In this document: positions 19,211 through 27,043 of the stretch, piece after piece
How positions within the stretch are numbered: the first letter of the stretch is position 1
How the letters are laid out: each line of letters starts with the position of its first letter
Assembly (NCBI GenBank): GCA_963674945.2
Contig: CAXXWQ010000004.1
Coordinates: 64,001 to 128,000 of the forward strand
Reading direction: 5' to 3'
DNA from: an uncultured Desulfosarcina sp.
Lineage (GTDB): Bacteria; Desulfobacterota; Desulfobacteria; Desulfobacterales; Desulfosarcinaceae
Length of the DNA: 64,000 bases
The notes under the pieces: generated by a model
The model's input: the letters and a program-made list of their open reading frames with translations, nothing else
Databases searched by the model: none
Told to the model about the DNA's origin: nothing
Made by a program: the position numbers and the translations under genes

Positions 19211-20218
19211 CTATGTATTCCCTCTTCTATTTTCTTCCGGCGACTCGTGTACCGGCAAATAATTGTAATCAACAATCTTTTCGATGGGGACACTTTTAGG
19301 CAACTTACCGATATTGATCATGATTTCCTGCTGTTTGTAAATTTGCCGTTCCGGTTCCCTTCCATCTTCAAATTCTCGGAGCGCGGACTTCATCGCCACT
19401 TTCATCTCCACTCCGGTGTATTTGGGAATCCATCTTCTCGCACTCATTTCATTATGTTTGATATAGTCAAAAGCCTTGACCAGCCCACGAAGAAAAGCCC
19501 TGACTTTTTGCGGATGCTCTTTCAAGTACTTGTCCGTAAAGAACAGTCCGCTGAATATGTATCCTGGAATCGCATCGTTGAACGATACCAACAGTCGGCT
19601 CGCACCATGCATCTCCAGCATGGTCGCGGTTGGATCTCATGCCAGAATGACATCAACTCCCTTGGACTTTAAGGCCGCCTCATGTTTCATGGAGTCATCC
19701 AGCTTGATCCCTTTAATGGCCCGTATGTCGTCCTTTGTCAGCCCGGCCATTTTCAATGTCTCCGACAGAATCATGGCCGTTGTAATGGACCCGGATTCAG
19801 CCACCCGGCTCCCCCTTAAATCGTTTACCGAATGGATCTCGCTTTTTTGATCCACGTGCAGTCCGCACCGTGTACCGGTGTGGGCATGCCCCAGCCAGGC
19901 CACTATCTTTATGGGGATATTTCTAAGACCCGCATGAAAGACCCCGCCCAGATCGAGTTGGCCGGCATCGATATCCCCATGAAGGGCGGTGGCAATGATA
20001 TTGTGCTCACCCACCAGGCGGATCAGGTGTACATCCAACCCTTCCTGCTTCCAAAGGCCCTGCTCCAGGCCGACGTACAGTGGCAGATCGTCAATACTGC
20101 GGCTGTACGTGATGGTCATTTCCTCCAAGGCTGGTTCCGCGGCTGTGCCATGGTTCACCATAAAAAAGGAAAGAGCGGTTACGGTTGTCAATACGGTTAA
20201 CACGATCCGTCTGTTCAT
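19211..20218 (-). CDS. NMT1/SsuA/TauA-like ABC substrate-binding protein, probable selenoprotein (335 aa, UGA=Sec at codon 194)
   Basis: ORFs 19637..20218 and 19211..19621 are in frame across a single TGA at 19637-19639 (…GVDVILA-TGA-DPTATMLEMHG…), the position of the usual 'wEP' motif; signal peptide; strong SECIS-like hairpin follows. Confidence 0.85.
19601..19636 (-). promoter_or_regulatory. Putative bacterial SECIS element of the substrate-binding protein
   Basis: mRNA UGA-GAUCCAAC-CGC-G-ACCAUGC-UGGAGAU-GCAUGGU-GCG: 7-bp perfect stem plus 3 bp past a bulge, G-containing loop 19 nt after UGA. Confidence 0.75.
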
Positions 20219-20376
20219 AATGTCTCTTTTTTAGTGTCCGTCCGGAAATCGGCAAATTTGGTCGAGATCAAGGCGCGTGAAAATTTTTCCGCAGGCATAT
20301 GGTTGATATTCCGAGGATAAAATTTTGAGCGCAACGCCGATATCGGGCAAATTGGCCATTTCTGGATGGACACTTT

Positions 20377-21144
20377 TTAGTTGCCTCCGGCCAGGGATGT
20401 CTCTGTATGCCATACGAGAATATGCCCCTGGATAAAGCGTGCCAGACGATCCAGTGAGAACCCCATGAGAGAAATCACGAGGATCCCGGCAAACATTCTG
20501 TCCGTCGCAAATGTCCGTTGGGCATCGATCACCAGGAAACCGATTCCGGAATCCGCCGCCAGCATTTCAACGCCGACGATGGCCAGCATGGACATGGCCG
20601 TTGAAATACGCATGCCGGTGATAATCATCGGAAGCGCCGAAGGAATGAGAACCTTTGTCCACATCTGCAAACCGTCGGCCCCCAGTGCCCGCGCCGCCTG
20701 AATCAAACGGACATCGACGCCTTTGATGCCGGCAATCGTATTGAGCACGATGGGGAAAAAGCATGCCTTGACAATGATGGCGATCTTCGAGCCGTTTCCG
20801 ATACCGAACCACACAAACATCACCGGAACGAGGGCAAAGGTTGAAATGGGACGAATCAGCTCAATCAACGGATCGAAAATATTTTCGAATAGTCTCGACC
20901 AGGCCACCAGAATACCGATACTCAGTCCCATCGCCGCAGCAATCAGATATCCGGCCACAGCCCGCAAAATGCTGACCCCGATATGGGGAAACACTTCTCC
21001 GGATATGGTCATGTCATAAAGCGCTGCCAGTATGGAACTGGGGGCCGGGAAAAAAAATGGATCGATCAGGCCGCTTTGACCGATCACTTCGCACACGATC
21101 AGAATGAAAAGTGGCGAAATCATTTTTTTCCAGCTGCCCTCCAT
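20377..21144 (-). CDS. ABC transporter permease (NitT/TauT, SsuC-like)
   Basis: FFPAPSSI, LIRPIS, WFGIG, AARALGA EAA-loop, VEMLAADSGIG; ATG overlaps the ATPase stop (TAATG). Confidence 0.9.
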   Translation of the reverse strand: MEGSWKKMISPLFILIVCEVIGQSGLIDPFFFPAPSSILAALYDMTISGEVFPHIGVSILRAVAGYLIAAAMGLSIGILVAWSRLFENIFDPLIELIRPISTFALVPVMFVWFGIGNGSKIAIIVKACFFPIVLNTIAGIKGVDVRLIQAARALGADGLQMWTKVLIPSALPMIITGMRISTAMSMLAIVGVEMLAADSGIGFLVIDAQRTFATDRMFAGILVISLMGFSLDRLARFIQGHILVWHTETSLAGGN

Positions 21145-21914
21145 TATTCCTGCGAATCCTGTATCTCTTCCCAAATCATTCCCCGCAGAGCCTGTTCATA
21201 CATGACGAATTGCGGTGTCGTCAGGTCGGCTCTTGTTCGCGGCCTCGGGATATCGATGGTCAGTGTGGCCATGATCCGGCCCGGCCGCCTGCTCATCACG
21301 ACGACGCGATCGGAAAGATAAATCGCTTCACCGATACTGTGGGTGACAAACAACACCGTACATTTCGTCTCTTGCCATATCCGCAACAGCTCTTGCTGAA
21401 GCAATTCCCGCGTCAGGGCGTCCAGCGCCCCGAAGGGTTCATCCATGAGCATCACTTTGGGCTCATTGGCCAGGGCCCTGGCAATGGCGACCCGCTGTTT
21501 CATCCCACCGCTGAGTTCATGGGGATAACGGTTTTCAAACTTGTTCAATCCTACCAGATCGATATATTTTGCGCTGATGTCGCGCCGTTTTGTTTTCGCG
21601 ACCCCGCGTACTTCCGGGCCGAACTCCACATTGCCTCTCACCGTTTTCCAGGGGAACAAAAGGTACTCCTGAAAAACGATGGCCCTTTTGGGGTCGGGAC
21701 CGTTGACTGAATGACCGTCAATCATGATCCTGCCCCTCGTCGCCTTCTCAAGCCCGGCCACTAGGAGCAAGAAGGTTGATTTGCCGCATCCGCTGGGACC
21801 CAGTATGGAGACAAACTCCTTTTCCCGGACCTGCAGGTTGAACTCATCGATGGCCACAACCTGCCTGTTTTTACAATCAGAGAAAACCTTGCATACGCCT
21901 TGGGCCCGGACCAT
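21144..21914 (-). CDS. ABC transporter ATP-binding protein (NitT/TauT family)
   Basis: GPSGCGKST, LSGGMKQR, LMDEPFGALD, FVTH. Confidence 0.92.
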   Translation of the reverse strand: MVRAQGVCKVFSDCKNRQVVAIDEFNLQVREKEFVSILGPSGCGKSTFLLLVAGLEKATRGRIMIDGHSVNGPDPKRAIVFQEYLLFPWKTVRGNVEFGPEVRGVAKTKRRDISAKYIDLVGLNKFENRYPHELSGGMKQRVAIARALANEPKVMLMDEPFGALDALTRELLQQELLRIWQETKCTVLFVTHSIGEAIYLSDRVVVMSRRPGRIMATLTIDIPRPRTRADLTTPQFVMYEQALRGMIWEEIQDSQE

Positions 21915-23075
21915 TTACCTTGTCGATCCGGCCATGATCTGTTCAATAAATCCCTCGATGCGGACTCTGAGCTGCCCCACATCCGAATGGGAGTAATCCG
22001 TCACCACATGTAGGTAAGGAAGGCCATGTTTTTCTTTCACTACTTCTCCCACACGGTAGGACTCGATATTGAACGCATGGCAGGACTGCCAGGTCAGGTC
22101 GATGACACCCTGGATGTTGTATTCGGTGATCAGTCGGTCGATCTGTTCGAATCGCGTGTCGTTGGGTGTCATACAGGCGCAGGTTACCTTTAAATAGCGC
22201 CGCGCGATGCCTTCAATGGGATCATCACCCGGATCGATCCGATCATCCAGCCGCGTGACCCCACCGCACCCTTCCTGACACACCACTACGCCACCGCTCT
22301 CTTCCACCAGGCGCAGCACCTTGTCACACCCCAGCGAGTTTCCAAGGCCGGTCCATAAGATTCGCGGCCTGTTTTCGCTGCAGGCGAACTGCTTTTTACG
22401 GATCCTGTCTTGAAGCGTTTCCAGCATTGATTCCAATTTTCTAAGGTATTGTTTGCGGTCTACGGTGTACGACATGCCTGTGGAAAGGGCCACCAGATCC
22501 AGACCCATAATGGGCACTGGATTGGACTTCCTGCATTGATGGATCCGTTTCAATAATGCTCTCTCCACGTTTCCCTGTTCGATGGCATCCATCAATGCAT
22601 CGTCCGTAATCCGGGTATCCAATTGGTCTTCAAGAAAGGATTTGAGCTTTCTCACCTCATCGATCCAGTAAACCAGTGCCCCCGCATTTTCCGGCTTTTG
22701 CGGCAGATCCATCACATGCATGGGTTTTTCACGGCCCAACAGCTCGTACATTTTCTTGCGGCCGTCGCATGTGGTCTCGCCAACGAGACAATCAGCAAGA
22801 GGAAAAATCGGGCAGGTATTGTTGATGGCCCGTCCATAGGTGGCTTTCACCATGGGGCACTGGTCGACCGGAAGTACTCGTTCCGCCGCATCGATGGGTC
22901 CTGGTGTCGTTCCGCAAAGCCCGACGGTGATGGCCCCGGCGGCCCATGCCACCTCTCGCGGAAAATAGGAGCACAGGCAACCCACCACTTTTCTCCCCTC
23001 GTCTTTCGCCATCTCCAGGTCCAGTGCGAAGGAGGTTTTTACTTCATCGATTTTTTTGGTGTTTCTCAAATCCAC
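21915..23075 (-). CDS. Double-cubane [8Fe-9S] cluster reductase (DCCP-like; 2-hydroxyacyl-CoA dehydratase/HgdB family)
   Basis: VVGCLCSYFP, GLCG, AERVLPVDQCPMVKATYG, TCPIF, GETTCDGRKKMYELL, EGCGG, CACMTPN, SCHAFNIE, DYS..DVGQLRVRIEGF: the Cys-rich pattern of the double-cubane subgroup. Confidence 0.8.
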   Translation of the reverse strand: MDLRNTKKIDEVKTSFALDLEMAKDEGRKVVGCLCSYFPREVAWAAGAITVGLCGTTPGPIDAAERVLPVDQCPMVKATYGRAINNTCPIFPLADCLVGETTCDGRKKMYELLGREKPMHVMDLPQKPENAGALVYWIDEVRKLKSFLEDQLDTRITDDALMDAIEQGNVERALLKRIHQCRKSNPVPIMGLDLVALSTGMSYTVDRKQYLRKLESMLETLQDRIRKKQFACSENRPRILWTGLGNSLGCDKVLRLVEESGGVVVCQEGCGGVTRLDDRIDPGDDPIEGIARRYLKVTCACMTPNDTRFEQIDRLITEYNIQGVIDLTWQSCHAFNIESYRVGEVVKEKHGLPYLHVVTDYSHSDVGQLRVRIEGFIEQIMAGSTR

Positions 23076-23094
23076 GACATCTATCCTCGAGCAC

Positions 23095-23898
23095 CTAACG
23101 GCATTTCAGATACACTTGCTCTTTTGCAAAGACCGCAGCCCCCAAGGCCCCGGTGATCTGCGCATCCGCGTTAATGGGGATGAATCCGAACCCAAAGTAT
23201 TTTTCCAGGGCCAAGCGCAAACCCTGGTTTTTGGCACCCCCCCCTACAAAAGCAACATTTCTAAATGGATTTAAACGTTTGGCCATATTTCCAACTCGCC
23301 GGGCAATACTTTGGTGTAAGCCGGCGGCAATATCGTTTTTCGTGTTGCCCGCGGCCAGCAGGGAAATCACTTCCGATTCCGCAAACACGATGCACGTGCT
23401 GTTGATTTGGCAAGGCGTACCGGTTTCCATGGACATATGGCTGAAATGATCCATTGGTACTTCCAGTGAACGCGCCATCATTTCCAGAAACCGTCCGGTT
23501 CCGGCTGCACATCGGTCATTCATGACAAAATCGGCGACACTTCCATCCTTGTTCAATGTGATGGCCTTAGCGTCCTGACCGCCGATGTCGATCAGTGCTT
23601 CCACATCGGGATTCAGATAATGCACCCCCTTGGCATGGCATGAAATCTCCGTAAGGGCTTTATCCGCAAAAGGAAGAGAAATCCTACCATAACCTGTTGC
23701 CACGATACGTTTCACATCCTTTTGTTTGCGATTGGCATGATCCAGCACCTTTTGGAAAACAGTTTCACCGGCCTTTTGCGGTTCTGCACCAGTTCGCAAG
23801 ATTTGTGCGGCGACAATTCCCGCATCGTCGATGACAACCGATTTTGCCGTCAAAGAGCCGACATCAACCCCGGCATACAGTCCATTTTCTACCGTCAT
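23095..23898 (-). CDS. ATP-dependent [4Fe-4S] activator (HgdC/BadF-type archerase, DCCP-R-like)
   Basis: GVDVGSLTAK, ATGYGR, EISCH, IDIGGQD, MNDRCAAGTGRFL, STCIVFAESE. Confidence 0.92.
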   Translation of the reverse strand: MTVENGLYAGVDVGSLTAKSVVIDDAGIVAAQILRTGAEPQKAGETVFQKVLDHANRKQKDVKRIVATGYGRISLPFADKALTEISCHAKGVHYLNPDVEALIDIGGQDAKAITLNKDGSVADFVMNDRCAAGTGRFLEMMARSLEVPMDHFSHMSMETGTPCQINSTCIVFAESEVISLLAAGNTKNDIAAGLHQSIARRVGNMAKRLNPFRNVAFVGGGAKNQGLRLALEKYFGFGFIPINADAQITGALGAAVFAKEQVYLKCR

Positions 23899-24190
23899 CG
23901 TTCACATTCCCAAAAAGACCTGATACTTGCCGGATGCTTCATTTTAGTAAAAACCGGCTCAAATGGTGAGAAAAGACGCACCGCACCATCCGTAAAACCT
24001 GATGAGCCAATGAGACGTTGGATCACCAAGTCGCCGAGGAAGAATGCTTGTGAAAGTTACTGGGATAGAAAGGTGAAATACCTAACAATCGGAGGTCCCG
24101 TCACAACAGCTATTCCAATGGCAACCACCCGGGCAGCCAGCACCGAGTCTCTCATGTAAATCCTGCATGACGGTAAAGTGCGAACATAAG

Positions 24191-24205
24191 TGATATTGAA
24201 TATCA
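24191..24205. promoter_or_regulatory. 7-1-7 palindromic operator (Fur-family-like box) upstream of the activator/DCCP operon
   Basis: TGATATT-G-AATATCA; differs from the TGATAAT-N-ATTATCA Fur consensus at one symmetric position; AT-rich promoter region. Confidence 0.5.
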
Positions 24206-24465
24206 TATTTCCGTTAAAAAGTGGCTTCTCATAGTATAAAGGGCGAAAAAATACAATGAGATTTTACCTATACGTCCGACAACTGAGATTGAATATCCAA
24301 ATACCACTATGAGAACAAAAATCCTCAAGGAATTATGCAACAATTTTTATTATACAGTTGTATAATACTATTTTTATTGATAAATTCTACCTATCAGCAA
24401 TACATGACAAACGATAAGATCATTCTGTTTTCACCATGTTGGCAGCGTTCTCACTTTCCCCCATA

Positions 24466-25494
24466 TCATTTACCTAGAGGGCAGACGGGAAAATTGCAGG
24501 TCGTACAGTTCAGGCACAATCCGCCGTGACCGAGCATCGCGATTTCCCTTCTTGTGATTTTTTCGCCGGCCAGTACACGGGGGAGAATCAAATCCAATAT
24601 GGTGCGCGCCGCATACATCCCGCATGCCGGTATTCCAAGGACCGGGATTTCATTCAGATAGGCCACCATAAACATGGCACCGGGCAGTACGGGAGAGCCA
24701 TAGACCATGTCTATGACCCCCGCCTTTTCAAGGGCATGGCGGCTTCGGTCATCCGGGTCGACGGACATGCCCCCCGTGCTGATGAGCAGGTTGATCCCTT
24801 TGCCCGCCAATTCTTTTGCGGCACCGGCAATCTTATCATCCTCGTCCGGAAGGAAAATCACATCCACGATCTCTCCATCCATTTCTGCGATCTTTTTCCG
24901 AACGATCGATTCAAATTTGTCCTTGATACGGCCATAATACACCTCGTTCCCGGTGATCATGACGCCGGCCTTGGCCTTTTTCATGGGAACGACGGAAAGT
25001 ACCCCCGATGTTGCGGTGTTGGCGGCGTTCACGGCACAAGAAACGATGTGTCGGGGCACCAGCAGCGGGATGGCCCGCGTTGCGGCAACCTGCTGGCCCT
25101 TTCGTACGATGGTGTTTGTGTGGCGGGTGGCGCACATCACCTCTCCGAACATGTTGAACCGGAAAAGGGCTTCTACATCCACTTTCAACAACCCGTCGCA
25201 GGTGGCATGCAAGCTGAGTTTCCCCTCCCGGGGGGCATCCTTCCAGCCGACGCCGCTGCCGCACAAGGCACTGGCGAGTTCAACGGCGGCTTCGTCCTCA
25301 TGCATTTCGTCGATTTCCGGCTTGATTATGTAAAGATGCTGTTTTCCCAGGCGGCGCAGATGATCCAAATCCTTGTCTTTCAGAATATATCCTTTTAGGA
25401 AGGCAGGGCCTTTGAACTCGCCGGGCCTGATCTCCGTTATGTCATGAGCCAGTGGATGACCGATAGCCTCTTCGATTTCAACGACTTGGATCAT
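24466..25494 (-). CDS. Molybdopterin-binding protein (MoeA-like, probable Moco/Wco biosynthesis related)
   Basis: LAHDITEI…GPAF, ITGNEVYYGRIKD, STGGMSVDPDD, YGSPVLPGAMF, C-terminal GGLCLNCTTCNFPVCPLGK. Confidence 0.85.
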   Translation of the reverse strand: MIQVVEIEEAIGHPLAHDITEIRPGEFKGPAFLKGYILKDKDLDHLRRLGKQHLYIIKPEIDEMHEDEAAVELASALCGSGVGWKDAPREGKLSLHATCDGLLKVDVEALFRFNMFGEVMCATRHTNTIVRKGQQVAATRAIPLLVPRHIVSCAVNAANTATSGVLSVVPMKKAKAGVMITGNEVYYGRIKDKFESIVRKKIAEMDGEIVDVIFLPDEDDKIAGAAKELAGKGINLLISTGGMSVDPDDRSRHALEKAGVIDMVYGSPVLPGAMFMVAYLNEIPVLGIPACGMYAARTILDLILPRVLAGEKITRREIAMLGHGGLCLNCTTCNFPVCPLGK

Positions 25495-25602
25495 GTTCTC
25501 TCTTCCTTACTCTCTAAATTTCAATGAGCGCTTTCTCAATCTGCAGCCGATGATACTCTCGATACTATCGGTGGATCCTTATTATGTGCTACTTGTTAAC
25601 GG

Positions 25603-26673
25603 CTATTCAGGAATTCCTATTTCCCTGTCATTCGCGTCATTCGTGGACCAAAGGAACCATCCTCCCTCGTAGTTTGCGGCAGGCCATCCCATCATGTACG
25701 CATAGAAGGTATACATGGCCGACCGCGCGCCGCCGCCGCAATAAAAATACATCTTCTTATCGGATGTAAACCCTTTCTGGGTCCAATTGTAATTTGCCTG
25801 ATCAAAGGAAATAAAGTATTGGTGATCCTGACTTGCAATATCAACCCAGTCTCCGATCCATCGTGCCGTGGGGATACGGCCATATTCTTCAAACCACCAA
25901 TAGTATGAATTCGATTCGCCGGTGAACTCTGTCCACTCACGGTCATCGACGATGACGGAATCAGGATCAATGCCATCGATGACATCCTGAACATCTTCGG
26001 TAGTGGCAATATACTCCGGGTGCCCGGAGGATTCGCCAAAACTATCCACGGGGGTCCATGAGGTTGGACCCGTCTCCACGGAGTATCCGGCTTCCGTCCA
26101 TGCTTGATAGCCCCCATTAAGGATACGGACATCGTTGACCCCTGCATAGAGTAACGCCCAGGCGATACGCCCTGCTGTCATCATGGAGATATCATCATTG
26201 GCGTATACGATTACCGTTTTATTCATGGTGATTCCCATGCTTGCAAAAAATGCCTGCAGGACGGGAAGATCCTTGACATAGGAGTGGCTCGGACTCTCAT
26301 ACCCCTCATATTCTGAAGTCGGACCGGTCTCTACCGAATAGGTATCCAGAAATATGGCACCGGGTACGTGCCCTTCTGTCGCAAAAGGAGTTCCGTCCCC
26401 CGTAGTGGAGATCTCATTTGTCTCCCATCGGGGCCACCAGGATGTAAATACAATTACGTATCCATTGCCGGGATAGGTTTCGGGATTGTTGCCGTCAATC
26501 AGATCTTTGACCCATTCGGCAGACACCAACGCCTCAGGATGTGGGGTGAGTGAACCGTCATCGTCATCCGTGATGGTATTACCAGTATTATTGGAGCTGT
26601 CGCTGCACCCGGTCAAAAGCAAGATACACAGTATCGAAAAAATGAAACAGGATTTTATAGTTCTTCCTAACAT
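25603..26673 (-). CDS. Tandem-domain rhodanese/sulfurtransferase lipoprotein
   Basis: Lipobox LLTG-C; LVSAEWV, GHVPGA, LNGGYQAW, DDRE..EF.G, active-site loop YCGGGARS, YEGGW. Confidence 0.85.
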   Translation of the reverse strand: MLGRTIKSCFIFSILCILLLTGCSDSSNNTGNTITDDDDGSLTPHPEALVSAEWVKDLIDGNNPETYPGNGYVIVFTSWWPRWETNEISTTGDGTPFATEGHVPGAIFLDTYSVETGPTSEYEGYESPSHSYVKDLPVLQAFFASMGITMNKTVIVYANDDISMMTAGRIAWALLYAGVNDVRILNGGYQAWTEAGYSVETGPTSWTPVDSFGESSGHPEYIATTEDVQDVIDGIDPDSVIVDDREWTEFTGESNSYYWWFEEYGRIPTARWIGDWVDIASQDHQYFISFDQANYNWTQKGFTSDKKMYFYCGGGARSAMYTFYAYMMGWPAANYEGGWFLWSTNDANDREIGIPE

Positions 26674-27043
26674 ATGTCTCCTCCGTTGATAATTTTTCTA
26701 CCGTTTGCAGTATCCATCCTCAGCCTCAGCCATTTACATGAAAGAAATGTCTATCCGTCATCAATTCTTTTCATGCGATATAACTTCTCGATACTGATAT
26801 TTTTTATCAATACCGTAGGTTGGCAATAAGTAGAACCGTTCGCAGGAGAAAGTCAAATTCATAATACCTATCTATCAATGCATTATTATTTAAAAAGAAA
26901 ATCAACATGTGGGGGTGGGAAAAAGGTATCGGTTTACCGAGGGAATACAACCGGGTGACATGGGTCTTCATACCAACGGACATGGCAATAAAGATCCAAT
27001 AGGAGAAACAGACAGCCTCTCTTCTCCGTCACTCCACTGGTTG

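Noticed and set aside
11086..20218. Calling the receptor and the binding protein pseudogenes
   Set aside because: Each has exactly one in-frame TGA, no frameshift or other decay, and a SECIS-like hairpin at the right distance. Sec recoding is more parsimonious, though unproven.
25545..26800. Shared CGAT…CTCGATACT words upstream of the MoeA-like and rhodanese genes (possible ModE/TunR sites)
   Set aside because: Similarity is short, not palindromic in both copies, and does not match the ModE consensus.
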